Shown in pieces: positions 1-9,653 of a DNA stretch of 24,000 nt. Both the position numbers and the translations under genes were made by a program. The first letter of the stretch is position 1, and each line of letters starts with the position of its first letter. Below the pieces are notes generated by a model. The model was not told the DNA's origin. It ran no database searches and saw only the letters and a program-made list of their open reading frames with translations. The stretch comes from Arthrobacter subterraneus (lineage in GTDB: Bacteria; Actinomycetota; Actinomycetes; Actinomycetales; Micrococcaceae): contig NZ_FNDT01000001.1 in assembly GCF_900099735.1 (NCBI RefSeq), forward strand, positions 341,722 to 365,721, read 5' to 3'.

Positions 1-225
1 AGCTTGGCGCCCACCGGCCATTGCCCACACAGCGACGGCCAGGAAGCCAAGTGCTCCACTGGCATAGCCCCTGCGGTGTTGACGGAGTCCTTGTCAGACA
101 GACCCGATTTCAGCCCCACCTTCATGGTGGCGGGTCCGCCGGCTGCTACGGCTGACACATCAAAGACGCACGCGAAACCCGTCTGCCTTCTTCAGCTTTC
201 CACCAGCCGCGTTTAGGACAACTTT

Positions 226-263
226 GACCTGATCCATTGTGCCGGGCACCAGCGGATCAGGTC
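226..263. promoter_or_regulatory. Perfect 10-bp inverted repeat (GACCTGATCC-N18-GGATCAGGTC) with a nested GTGCC-G-GGCAC palindrome
   Basis: Read directly from the sequence: arms at 226-235 and 254-263. It lies about 95-130 nt upstream of the ATPase start and 10 nt after the stop of an unconvincing plus-strand ORF. It could be an operator or a terminator-like hairpin; no T-tract follows. Confidence 0.35.
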
Positions 264-356
264 CTTCCGCCACCGCATGTTCCCGGCGTGCGATCACGCT
301 GAGCTGGAACTTCCGCATCGCTTGAGCAACGTCAATTCCGAGAGGAACAAATACCC

Positions 357-2849
357 GTGAATCAAAAAACCCAAACCGCGGTCATGGAGGTATCCGGTGT
401 CCACTGGGCCTCGTCCAAGTCGGTCAGCGAATCCGTGCTGTCCCGCAGACCGGGCGTGCTCAGCGTGGAGACCAATCCTGTGGCCCAGACCGCCAACGTC
501 ACTTTCGACCCGGACCGGACTTCGGTCGCGGAACTGACCCGGTGGGTGCGTGAGTGCGGCTACCACTGCGCCGGCCAATCCGTGCCGGAGCACATCTGCG
601 ACCCCATGCATGAAGACCATGCAGGGCACGAAAGCCATTCAGGACACGGAACGACGGCGCTGAAGGAACCCGCGGCACCGGGCGGCACGGAGAACATCAC
701 GGTTCAGGAAGCTCAGGTCTCCCACGGGGAGCACGGGGAGCACGCCGGGCACGGCAAGGCCGCGGTCCGGGACGCGCAGGAAGTCATGGGCCACGGCGGG
801 CATGGCGGGCACGGCATGTCGATGGAGTCCATGATCCGTGACATGCGCAACCGCTTTCTCCTGGCGGCTCTGCTGTCAATACCCATCACCCTCTGGTCGC
901 CTATCGGGCGCGACGTCCTCGGCTTCACGGTCCCGGCCCCGTTCGGCCTGCGCGACGACGTCTTCGCGCTCATCCTGTCCCTGCCGGTGATCTTTTACTC
1001 GGCTTGGATCTTCTTTGACGGCGCCTACCGGGCGTTGAAGGCCCGCACCCTGGACATGATGGTCCTGGTCGCCGTCGGCGTCGGAGCCGGCTGGCTTTAC
1101 AGCCTCATCGTCACGCTGACCGGTGGCGGCGAAGTGTTCTACGAAGCGGCCACCGTCCTGGCCACCTTCGTGCTGCTGGGCCACTGGTTTGAAATGCGGG
1201 CACGGGGCGGCGCCAACGACGCCGTCCGTACGCTGCTCGAACTCGCACCCTCGATGGCCCTGGTCATTCGCGACGGGGAACCGGTGGAAGTCCCGACCGC
1301 CGAGGTGATGCCCGGGGATTTGATGCTGGTCCGTCCGGGATCGAAGATCCCCACCGACGGTGTCGTCGAAGAGGGCGAATCCGAGATCGATGAGTCCATG
1401 GTCACCGGGGAAAGCCTGCCGGTCGCCAAATCCGCCGGCTCTGAGGTGATCGGCGCTTCGGTGAATACCACCGGTACGCTCCGTGTCCGGGCCACCAAAG
1501 TCGGCGCCGACACCGCCCTGGCACAGATCGTCGCTCTGGTGCAGGAGGCCCAGAACTCCAAGGCACCCGGGCAGCGGCTGGCGGACCGGGCCGCGTTCTG
1601 GCTCGTGTTCGTCGCCCTGATCGGCGGCTCGGCGACGTTCCTGGCCTGGTGGCTCGCCGGCGCCAGTGTGGCCCAGGCTATCCTGTTCGCCATCACCGTG
1701 GTGGTCATCACTTGCCCTGACGCCCTCGGTCTGGCCACTCCGACCGCGATCATGGTCGGCACCGGGTTGGGCGCCAAACGCGGCGTGCTGTTCAAGAATG
1801 CCACGGCACTGGAAACCTCCGCCCGCATCGATACCGTAATTCTTGACAAGACCGGCACCCTGACCAAGGGCGAACCGGAAGTCACCGATTTCATCGCCCA
1901 CGGCATCGGCGAGGATGTACTTCTGGCCCTCGTCGCCGCAGTGGAACGCGAATCCGAGCACCCCCTGGCCGGCGCCGTCGTCAACTACGCCGTGGCCCGG
2001 GGCGTGTCCTCGCTGGACGCCAGTTCCTTCCGGAATGTCCCCGGACACGGTGCCGGTGCCACCGTGGACGGGCGCAGGGTCCTGGTGGGGAACCGAAAGC
2101 TCATGATTGCCGAAGGCGTTGATATTGCCCCCATCGCCGAGCAGCGTGAAACCCTCGCCTCCACCGGCCGCACCGCGGTGTTGGTGGCCGTGGACGGCAG
2201 GGCCGCCGGTGTCATCGCCTTGGCCGATGCCGCCCGCGAGACCGCTGCCCCCGCCGTGGCGGCCCTGCACGAGGCCGGGATCGAGGTTGTCATGCTCACC
2301 GGCGACAACGAGGCCACCGCCAGGCGCATCGCCGCCCAGCTGGGCATCGACACGGTCATCGCCGAGGTGCTCCCGGAGGATAAATCCGCGAAGGTAACCG
2401 AACTTCAGAAGGCGGGTAAACGGGTCGCCATGGTCGGCGACGGCGTCAACGACGCCCCCGCCCTCGCCCAGGCCGACCTCGGCATCGCCATCGGTGCCGG
2501 CACCGACGTGGCCATCGAAACCGCAGACGTGGTGCTCATGCGCTCTGATCCGCTGGACGTGCCCACAGCATTGCGCATCGGCAAGGGCACCGTGCGCAAG
2601 ATGCGCCAGAACCTGGGCTGGGCCATCGGCTACAACGTCATCGCTCTGCCGATCGCCGCCGGCGTCTTCTACCCCTCACTCGGCATCATGCTCAGCCCGG
2701 AAATCGCCGCCATTTCGATGTCCGGTTCCAGTGTCATCGTCGCGGTCAACGCCCTGCTCTTGAAGCGGCTGGACCTGCCGGAGCCGGGAGAGGCCATGGG
2801 CCAGGTCGCCGAAGCCGCGCCCGCACCCCAACCCACCGGCGCGAAGTAG
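357..2849 (+). CDS. P1B-type heavy-metal (copper-family) translocating P-type ATPase, His-rich N-terminus, CPD transmembrane motif
   Basis: 830-aa ORF with GTG start at 357 and GAGAGGA about 12 nt upstream. The translation carries TGESLP (actuator), DKTGTLT (phosphorylation site), SEHPLA, MLTGDN and GDGVNDAP. The TM signatures N-x5-GYN-x4-P and MSGSS-x5-N are typical of Cu-type P1B pumps. The TM metal motif reads C-P-D (nt 1713-1721). The N-terminus has an HMA-like segment lacking both CxxC cysteines, followed by about 80 aa rich in His/Gly/Glu. Confidence 0.93.
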   Translation: MNQKTQTAVMEVSGVHWASSKSVSESVLSRRPGVLSVETNPVAQTANVTFDPDRTSVAELTRWVRECGYHCAGQSVPEHICDPMHEDHAGHESHSGHGTTALKEPAAPGGTENITVQEAQVSHGEHGEHAGHGKAAVRDAQEVMGHGGHGGHGMSMESMIRDMRNRFLLAALLSIPITLWSPIGRDVLGFTVPAPFGLRDDVFALILSLPVIFYSAWIFFDGAYRALKARTLDMMVLVAVGVGAGWLYSLIVTLTGGGEVFYEAATVLATFVLLGHWFEMRARGGANDAVRTLLELAPSMALVIRDGEPVEVPTAEVMPGDLMLVRPGSKIPTDGVVEEGESEIDESMVTGESLPVAKSAGSEVIGASVNTTGTLRVRATKVGADTALAQIVALVQEAQNSKAPGQRLADRAAFWLVFVALIGGSATFLAWWLAGASVAQAILFAITVVVITCPDALGLATPTAIMVGTGLGAKRGVLFKNATALETSARIDTVILDKTGTLTKGEPEVTDFIAHGIGEDVLLALVAAVERESEHPLAGAVVNYAVARGVSSLDASSFRNVPGHGAGATVDGRRVLVGNRKLMIAEGVDIAPIAEQRETLASTGRTAVLVAVDGRAAGVIALADAARETAAPAVAALHEAGIEVVMLTGDNEATARRIAAQLGIDTVIAEVLPEDKSAKVTELQKAGKRVAMVGDGVNDAPALAQADLGIAIGAGTDVAIETADVVLMRSDPLDVPTALRIGKGTVRKMRQNLGWAIGYNVIALPIAAGVFYPSLGIMLSPEIAAISMSGSSVIVAVNALLLKRLDLPEPGEAMGQVAEAAPAPQPTGAK

Positions 2850-2903
2850 ATACAGCGGTTCAGATTACGACCGTCATGACGAAAGCGAAAGGCAGCTACA
2901 TCC

Positions 2904-5336
2904 ATGAACCACACTCAGGAACTGTCCGAGAAGGATTGCGTACTGACACCCGATCAGCTTCAGCGCATCCACGCCTGGTGGCGGGCGGCAAACTATCTGT
3001 CCGTGGGGCAGATTTATCTGATGGACAACCCGCTGCTGCGGGAACCGCTGCGGCCGGAGCATGTTAAGCCGCGGCTGCTGGGGCATTGGGGCACCACTCC
3101 GGGACTGAACTTCATTTACGCCCATTTGAACCGGGTCATCATGGAGCGGGACCTGGACATGATGTACGTCATGGGCCCGGGACACGGCGGGCCGGGCCCG
3201 GTCGCCGCCGGGTGGCTTGAAGGTACCTACAGCGAGACCTATCCCGATGTATCCCAGGACCTGGCGGGGATGAAACGGCTGTTCAAACAGTTCTCCTTCC
3301 CGGGAGGCATTCCCAGCCACGTCGCCCCGGAAACCCCCGGATCCATCCATGAAGGCGGGGAGCTGGGGTATGCCCTCTCCCACGCCTACGGGGCGGCCTT
3401 CGACAACCCGGACCTGATCGTCGCGGCGGTTGTGGGAGATGGGGAAGCCGAAACCGGGCCGCTGGCGGCGAGCTGGCACTCCAACAAGTTCATGAACCCG
3501 GCACGTGACGGGGCCGTGCTGCCGATCCTGCACCTGAACGGCTACAAGATCGCCAATCCCACGGTCCTGGCCCGCATGGACCGGGACGAACTGGACGGGC
3601 TGCTGCGCGGCTACGGCCACACCCCCTACTACGTTGAGGGCGAAGACCCGGACCAGATGCACCAGGACTTCGCCCGGACCCTGGACGCCTGCCTTGACGA
3701 GATCCGGGAAATCCGCCGCCGTGCCCGGGACGAGGGCCGGACCGAACGCCCGCGTTGGCCGATGATCGTGCTGCGCTCCCCCAAGGGATGGACGGGACCG
3801 GCCGAAGTCGACGGGCAGAAGGTCGAAGGCTCCTGGCGCTCCCACCAGGTGCCCTTCAGCGCCGCACGGGAAAACGAGAGCCACCGGCAGGTCCTGGAGG
3901 ACTGGCTGCGCAGCTACCGCCCGGAGGAACTTTTCGACGACTCCGGTGCCCCGGTCGAAGCGGTCCGCGCCCTGCACCCGGAAGGGGCACGGCGGATGAG
4001 CGCCAGCCCGCACGCCAACGGCGGTGTCCTGCTGAAGGACCTGCGGATGCCCGACTTCCGCGACTACGCGGTGCCGGTGTCCGAGCCGGGCACCGGGGCG
4101 GTGGAGGCCACCCGTGTGCTCGGTGAAATGCTGCGGGACGTCATGGCCGCCAACATGGACAACTTCAGGGTCTTCGCCCCGGATGAGAACAATTCGAACC
4201 GGCTCGGCGCCGTGCTGGAAGCCACGGACCGGGCCTGGAACGCCCGGACCGTCGAGGAGGATGACCATCTCGCCCGTGATGGCCGGGTGATGGAGATCCT
4301 CTCCGAGCACACCTGCCAGGGCTGGCTGGAAGGCTACCTGCTCACCGGCCGGCACGGGCTCTTCTCCTGCTACGAGGCCTTCATCCACATCGTGGACTCC
4401 ATGTTCAACCAGCACGCCAAGTGGCTGGATACCGCCAACGGCATCTCCTGGCGCCGGCCGGTCGCTTCCCTTAATTATCTGCTGACCTCCCACGTCTGGC
4501 GACAGGACCACAACGGCTTCTCCCATCAGGATCCGGGCTTCATCGACCACGTGATCAACAAGAAGTCCGAGGTGATCCGCGTGTACCTGCCGCCGGACGC
4601 GAACACGCTGCTGTCCGTCGCCGACCACTGCCTGCGCAGCCGCCAGTACGTCAACGTGATCGTGGCCGGCAAGCAGCCGCAGCTGCAGTATCTGGACATG
4701 GACGACGCCATCGTGCACTGCACCAAGGGCATCGGCATCTGGGACTGGGCCAGCACGGATGCCGGCACCGAACCGGACATGGTGATGGGGTGCGCCGGGG
4801 ACGTGCCGACCATGGAAACCCTGGCCGCCGTGGACATCCTGCGCTCCCGCTTCCCGGACCTGAAGATCCGGGTGGTCAACGTCGTGGACCTGATGCGGCT
4901 GCAGGACGACGCCGAAAATCCGCACGGCCTGGCCGACCGTGAGTTCGACGCCCTGTTCACCACGGACAAGCCGGTCATCTTCGCCTACCACGGCTACCCG
5001 TGGCTGATCCACCGGCTCACCTACCGGCGCACCAACCACGGCAACTTCCACGTCCGCGGGTACAAGGAGGAAGGCACGACCACGACACCGTTCGATATGT
5101 GCGTGCTCAACGAGATCGACCGGTTCAGCCTGGCCATCGACGTCATCGACCGGGTGCCGCGCCTGAAGGACATCGCGGCGCACGTGCGCGAGGAGCTGAA
5201 AAACAAGCTGATCGAGCACCGCCAGTACATCCGGACCCACGGCGAGGACATGCCCGAAATCAGGAACTGGCAATGGGCCGCCGTGCCCGGGCCGGCCAAC
5301 CAGCCGGCCGATGAAGCGCGAGAGGAACCGGTTTAG
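2904..5336 (+). CDS. xfp: Phosphoketolase (xylulose-5-P/fructose-6-P phosphoketolase)
   Basis: 810-aa ORF with ATG at 2904, preceded by GAAAGG. The N-terminus [25 protein letters not shown]...[46 protein letters not shown] and the GDGEAETGP (TPP-binding) blocks are characteristic of the phosphoketolase family. Length is typical (about 800 aa). Confidence 0.96.
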   Translation: MNHTQELSEKDCVLTPDQLQRIHAWWRAANYLSVGQIYLMDNPLLREPLRPEHVKPRLLGHWGTTPGLNFIYAHLNRVIMERDLDMMYVMGPGHGGPGPVAAGWLEGTYSETYPDVSQDLAGMKRLFKQFSFPGGIPSHVAPETPGSIHEGGELGYALSHAYGAAFDNPDLIVAAVVGDGEAETGPLAASWHSNKFMNPARDGAVLPILHLNGYKIANPTVLARMDRDELDGLLRGYGHTPYYVEGEDPDQMHQDFARTLDACLDEIREIRRRARDEGRTERPRWPMIVLRSPKGWTGPAEVDGQKVEGSWRSHQVPFSAARENESHRQVLEDWLRSYRPEELFDDSGAPVEAVRALHPEGARRMSASPHANGGVLLKDLRMPDFRDYAVPVSEPGTGAVEATRVLGEMLRDVMAANMDNFRVFAPDENNSNRLGAVLEATDRAWNARTVEEDDHLARDGRVMEILSEHTCQGWLEGYLLTGRHGLFSCYEAFIHIVDSMFNQHAKWLDTANGISWRRPVASLNYLLTSHVWRQDHNGFSHQDPGFIDHVINKKSEVIRVYLPPDANTLLSVADHCLRSRQYVNVIVAGKQPQLQYLDMDDAIVHCTKGIGIWDWASTDAGTEPDMVMGCAGDVPTMETLAAVDILRSRFPDLKIRVVNVVDLMRLQDDAENPHGLADREFDALFTTDKPVIFAYHGYPWLIHRLTYRRTNHGNFHVRGYKEEGTTTTPFDMCVLNEIDRFSLAIDVIDRVPRLKDIAAHVREELKNKLIEHRQYIRTHGEDMPEIRNWQWAAVPGPANQPADEAREEPV

Positions 5337-5337
5337 C

Positions 5338-8300
5338 ATGTCCCCCGTTCATCCCGGCGGACTACACCCGTCCCAGGCCTCCGGGCACCGCACCCTATTG
5401 CCCTTTGATGCTGTGCTCTTCGATATGGACGGAGTCGTTACCCGGACCGCCGTCGTACATGCGGCGGCCTGGAAGGAGCTGTTCGATTCCGTCCTGGCCG
5501 ACCCGCGGTCCGGCACAGGAGCGGACACCCCACCGTTCGACGCTGATGCGGACTACCGGCTTTATGTGGACGGCCGGAAGCGGGAAGACGGCATCCGCGC
5601 CTTCCTGGCCTCCCGCGGGCTGCACCTGTCCGAAGGTTCCCCCGGTGACCGGCCGGAAGCCTGGACGGTTGCCGGACTGGGGTCGCGCAAGAATGACCTG
5701 TTCCTCACGGCACTGGCCCGTGACGGGGTCAGCGCCTATCCCGGGACTGTCGCGCTGCTGGAACGGCTCCGCGAGGCGGGTATTCCCGTGGGCCTGGTCA
5801 CGGCCAGCCGCAACGCTGCTGCCCTCCTGAAGGCGGCGGGCCTCGAACCGGCATTCGACGTGATCATCGACGGCCAGACCGCCGAGGATCAGGGTTTGCC
5901 CGGCAAGCCGGATCCGGCGATGTTCCTCGAAGCCGCCCGCCGGCTCGGCGTGCCGCCGGAGTGTGCCGCGGTCATCGAGGATGCCGTCTCCGGCGTGCAG
6001 GCGGGCCGCCGCGGCGGCTTCGGGCTGGTGGTCGGCATCGACCGCACCGGTCACCGGGAGCAGCTGGAACTGGCGGGGGCCGACGTCGTCCTGGGCGATG
6101 TCGGCCAGCTGGATCTGGGTGCTTCACGCACCGATCCCTGGACGCTGGTCTACGAAGGATTCGACCCGGCGCACGAGGGCCACCGGGAGGCCCTGACCGC
6201 CCTGGGCAACGGGTACATGGCCACGCGCGGGGCACGCCCGGAGCGCAAGGACGACGGGATCCACTATCCGGGGACCTACCTGGCCGGGGTCTACAACCGG
6301 ACTGCGGGCCTCATCCACGGCCGCGAACTGGAAGAAGAGCACGTGGTCAACGTCCCCAACTGGCTGCCGGTCGACGTCCGCATCGGTGACGGGCCCTGGT
6401 GGTCAACCGGCGACCTCGACGTCACGGAAGAACGAAGTGAACTCGACCTGCGCCGGGGCGTGCTCACCCGCCGCGCCACCCTCACCGGCCCCGAAGGCGG
6501 GCAGCTGTCCGTGGTGCAGCGGCGGCTGGTCTCCATGCACCGCCACCACCTGGCGGCCCTGGAAACCACGCTGACGGCCCGCGGCTTCACCGGCACCCTC
6601 AGCGTCCGGGCGGGCATCGACGCCCAGGTGGCCAACACCAACGTCCGCGCCTACGTCGGCACCGGCCAGGGGCACCTGGCGGACGCCACGTTCACCGAGA
6701 CGGACAGCAGCACCGTCCTGTGCGAGGTCGAGACCACCCAGAGCCGGATACGGATCGCCCTCGCCGTCCGGACCGGGTTCAACGGCGCTGCAGCGGTCAC
6801 CTCCCGCGGTGCCGAAAACGGTAACGCACGGTACCGGCGGCAGTTCGACCTCCGGCTGGCCGACGGGCAGCCCGTCACCATGACCAGGACCGTGGCCCTG
6901 GCCACCTCCCGGGACGGTGCCATCTCCGCTCCCGCGGCTGGAGCCCTGGCGGAGCTGTCCCGCCACGATACCGGCTTCGGCACGCTGCTGGAGGACCACG
7001 AGGCGGCCTGGCGGCGGCTATGGGACCGGTTCGGGATCACCCTGGACGCGGACCGGCAGTCACAGCTGGTGCTCAACCTGCACGTGTTCCACCTGCTGCA
7101 GGCCATCTCCGGGCACAGCGCCGTCCTGGACGCCGGGGTGCCGGCCCGGGGCCTGCACGGGGAAGGCTACCGCGGACATGTGTTCTGGGACGAACTGTTC
7201 GTCCTGCCCGTGATCGGGCTGCGCCTGCCGGAGGTCAGCCGGGCGCTGCTGGAGTACCGCTGGCGGCGGCTGGACGCCGCGCGGTCCGCCGCCCGCGCCG
7301 AAGGCCTGAACGGCGCGCTCTTCCCCTGGCAGAGCGGCAGCGACGGCCGGGAGGAGACGCCCCGCCAACTGTACAACCCCCGGTCGGCCCGGTGGATGCC
7401 GGATAACTCCAGCCGCCAGCGCCACGTCGGACTCGCCGTCGCCTACAACGCCTGGCAGCACTTCCAGGCCACCGGCGACCGGGACTGGCTGGCATCCCGC
7501 GGGGCGGAACTGATCATCGAAGTGACCAGGATGTTCGCCTCCCTGGCCACCTTCGACCCGGCCGGGGACAGATACCACATCGCCGGCGTGATGGGACCGG
7601 ACGAGTACCACGACGGCTACCCCGACGCGCCCGGGACCGGCCTGCGCGATAACGCCTACACCAACGTCCTGCTCTCCTGGATCTGCGACCGCGCGGCCGA
7701 CGTGCTGCGGGAACTGGCAGGCCACCCCGGCGACGATGTCGCCGACCGGCTGCACATCAGTCCGGAGGAGATCAGCCGCTGGTCCCGGCTCGGTTCCAGG
7801 CTCGCCGTCGCTTTCCATGCTGACGGGGTCATCAGCCAGTTCGACGGGTACGAGGACCTGCTCGAACTGGACTGGCCGCGTTACCGCGCCAGGTACGGCA
7901 ACATCGGGCGCCTGGATTTGATCCTCGAAGCCGAAAACGACGACACCAACCGGTACAAACTGGCCAAACAGGCCGACGTGCTGATGCTCCTCTATCTTCT
8001 CGGGCCCGCCGGCGTGACCGGCCAGCTGCGCCGGCTCGGCTATCCGGTCACCGAAGAGGACCTGGAACGCACGGTAAATTACTACCTCTCCCGCACGGCA
8101 GAAGGTTCCACGCTCAGCCGCGTAGTGCACGCCTCGGTGCTCTCCCGGTTTGACGCATCCCGGGCCTGGCAGGTCTTCCGCGAAGCCCTGATCGCCGATC
8201 TGGACGACACCCAGGGCGGCACCACGCGTGAGGGAATCCACCTGGGCGCGATGTCCGGGACGGTCGACATTGTTATCCGCTCCTTTGCCGGCCTACAAAT

Positions 8301-8595
8301 CGAGGCCGACGCCCTGACCTTCGCTCCCCGGCTGCCCGCCCACCTGGGAACAACCGGATTCCAGGTCCAGTACCGGGGGCACCGCATCGACGTGCACCTG
8401 GGCCCGGAACACCTCCGGATCCGGCTGCAGCCCTGCACCGCGCCCCCGGTCCGCATCGGCGTCGCGGGAAACTACGCGCTGCTCGCCGGCGGCGACGAAA
8501 AGACTTTCCCCGTAGCGTCAACGCCGGGACTGTCCGGGCCGGCACCAACCACAAAACCAACAACGCAACCGCAATCAGGAAGGACAAGCCCATGA
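5338..8595 (+). CDS. Fusion protein: HAD-superfamily beta-phosphoglucomutase-like domain + glycoside hydrolase family 65 (disaccharide phosphorylase-like) domain
   Basis: Continuous frame. I prefer ATG 5338 (1085 aa), which lies 1 nt after the xfp TAG with GAGAGGA upstream, over the track start at 5311, which overlaps xfp. The N-terminal ~250 aa show HAD motifs: LFDMDGVVT (DxD, nt 5422-5430), VTASRN, GKPDPAMF and EDAVSGVQAG. The remainder shows GH65-like blocks (YRGHVFWDELFVLP, FPWQSGSDGREETP, AYNAWQ). Confidence 0.88.
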   Translation: MSPVHPGGLHPSQASGHRTLLPFDAVLFDMDGVVTRTAVVHAAAWKELFDSVLADPRSGTGADTPPFDADADYRLYVDGRKREDGIRAFLASRGLHLSEGSPGDRPEAWTVAGLGSRKNDLFLTALARDGVSAYPGTVALLERLREAGIPVGLVTASRNAAALLKAAGLEPAFDVIIDGQTAEDQGLPGKPDPAMFLEAARRLGVPPECAAVIEDAVSGVQAGRRGGFGLVVGIDRTGHREQLELAGADVVLGDVGQLDLGASRTDPWTLVYEGFDPAHEGHREALTALGNGYMATRGARPERKDDGIHYPGTYLAGVYNRTAGLIHGRELEEEHVVNVPNWLPVDVRIGDGPWWSTGDLDVTEERSELDLRRGVLTRRATLTGPEGGQLSVVQRRLVSMHRHHLAALETTLTARGFTGTLSVRAGIDAQVANTNVRAYVGTGQGHLADATFTETDSSTVLCEVETTQSRIRIALAVRTGFNGAAAVTSRGAENGNARYRRQFDLRLADGQPVTMTRTVALATSRDGAISAPAAGALAELSRHDTGFGTLLEDHEAAWRRLWDRFGITLDADRQSQLVLNLHVFHLLQAISGHSAVLDAGVPARGLHGEGYRGHVFWDELFVLPVIGLRLPEVSRALLEYRWRRLDAARSAARAEGLNGALFPWQSGSDGREETPRQLYNPRSARWMPDNSSRQRHVGLAVAYNAWQHFQATGDRDWLASRGAELIIEVTRMFASLATFDPAGDRYHIAGVMGPDEYHDGYPDAPGTGLRDNAYTNVLLSWICDRAADVLRELAGHPGDDVADRLHISPEEISRWSRLGSRLAVAFHADGVISQFDGYEDLLELDWPRYRARYGNIGRLDLILEAENDDTNRYKLAKQADVLMLLYLLGPAGVTGQLRRLGYPVTEEDLERTVNYYLSRTAEGSTLSRVVHASVLSRFDASRAWQVFREALIADLDDTQGGTTREGIHLGAMSGTVDIVIRSFAGLQIEADALTFAPRLPAHLGTTGFQVQYRGHRIDVHLGPEHLRIRLQPCTAPPVRIGVAGNYALLAGGDEKTFPVASTPGLSGPAPTTKPTTQPQSGRTSP

Positions 8596-9653
8596 GCAAG
8601 ACCAGAGTGGCCGTCAACGGATACGGGGTCATCGGCAAACGCGTCGCGGACGCAGTCGCACTGCAGCCGGACATGGAACTGATCGGCATCGCCGACATCG
8701 TCACCGACTGGCGGATCCAGTCCGCTGCGGGAAGGTTCCCGCTGTTCGCGTCCACAGACGAGGCCCGGCAAGCGATGCTTCAGGCCGGGCTTCCCGTCGC
8801 GGGCTCACTGGAGGACCTCCTGGGGCAGGTGGACGTCATTGCCGACACGACACCCAAACACGTGGCAGCAGAGAACCTGCCCCGCTACCGGGCCGCAGGC
8901 GTGAAAGTTGTGCTGCAGGGCGGAGAATCCCACGAGACCACGGGGCACTCGTTCGTGGCCCAGGCCAACTATGAGAGCGCGCTGGGACGGGACATGACCC
9001 GCGTGGTCTCCTGCAATACCACCAGCATTGTCCGGGTCCTTGGCGCGCTGCAGGACGCCGGGCTGCTGGCCAAGGCCCGCGGCGTTCTGATCCGCCGCGC
9101 GACCGACCCCTGGGAGTCGCACCTGGGCGGGATCATGAACACCATGGTCCCGGAATCTAAAATCCCTTCCCATCAGGGGCCTGACGCCCAGACCGTCCTG
9201 CCCGGCCTGGACCTGGTGACCATCGCGGCCAAAGGCGCCCACACCCAGACCCATAACCACTACTGGACGCTGCAGCTCACCCGCCCGGCCAGCCGGGAGG
9301 AAGTCCTCGCGGCCCTGCGCACCGCGCCGCGCATCGCGTTCATCCGGATGGCCGACGGACTCGTCGCCCTGAACTCGACCATCGAACTGATGAAGGACCT
9401 CGGCCGGCCCCGCGGGGACATGTGGGAAGTCGCCGTCTGGGAGGACCTCGTCACGGTCCAGGGCGACGAGGCCTACCTGACCTACCAGGTCTACAACGAG
9501 GCCATCGTCGTACCCGAAACCATCGACGCCATCCGCGCCCTGACCGAAACCGCGCCCGACGCGGCGGACTCCATGAAGATCACCGACTCAACCCTGGGCA
9601 TGCGGCAGGACTTCCTCGCCGAAAACGTGTCCGCCCTGCGCGGCGACCGGTGA
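8592..9653 (+). CDS. Type II (archaeal-type) phosphorylating glyceraldehyde-3-phosphate dehydrogenase
   Basis: 353-aa ORF whose ATG overlaps the upstream stop (ATGA at 8592-8595). It is collinear with archaeal GAPDH as I recall it (e.g. Methanothermus): VAVNGYGVIGKRVADAV at the N-terminus, LQGGE, the catalytic VVSCNTTS block, IRRATDP, KIPSHQGPD and IVVPETIDAIRAL. Confidence 0.9.
   Translation: MSKTRVAVNGYGVIGKRVADAVALQPDMELIGIADIVTDWRIQSAAGRFPLFASTDEARQAMLQAGLPVAGSLEDLLGQVDVIADTTPKHVAAENLPRYRAAGVKVVLQGGESHETTGHSFVAQANYESALGRDMTRVVSCNTTSIVRVLGALQDAGLLAKARGVLIRRATDPWESHLGGIMNTMVPESKIPSHQGPDAQTVLPGLDLVTIAAKGAHTQTHNHYWTLQLTRPASREEVLAALRTAPRIAFIRMADGLVALNSTIELMKDLGRPRGDMWEVAVWEDLVTVQGDEAYLTYQVYNEAIVVPETIDAIRALTETAPDAADSMKITDSTLGMRQDFLAENVSALRGDR

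Noticed and set aside
1-216. Possible gene fragment at the left edge: the plus-frame ORF 4-216 (TTG start, 70 aa), or minus-strand frames that stay open to position 1 (e.g. MKVGLKSGLSDKDSV... or ...ASGALGFLAVAVWAMAGG).
   Set aside because: No frame shows recognisable motifs. GC3 is similar (about 70-75%) for the competing frames and lower than in the confirmed genes. It cannot be resolved without the flanking sequence, so I left it unannotated.
294-638. A 114-aa minus-strand ORF spans the ATPase promoter and start.
   Set aside because: It overlaps the well-supported ATPase N-terminus in antisense and has no motif or RBS support.
2872-2881. A perfect 10-bp palindrome, CGTCATGACG, lies 23 nt upstream of the xfp start in the 54-nt ATPase-xfp spacer.
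   Set aside because: About 20 or more perfect 10-bp palindromes are expected by chance in 24 kb, so it is not significant on its own. I keep it only as a note for anyone mapping an internal promoter or operator.
2874-5339. An 821-aa minus-strand ORF almost exactly mirrors the phosphoketolase gene. Similar long antisense or alternate-frame ORFs occur at 876-2270(-), 1139-1984(-), 7060-8241(-), 15433-17181(+), 17977-18861(-), 22207-23070(+) and 14113-15228(+).
   Set aside because: Their translations are low-complexity Gly/Arg/Pro/Val-rich with no recognisable motifs. The opposite or other frame carries unmistakable family signatures. These are the typical shadow ORFs of high-GC DNA.
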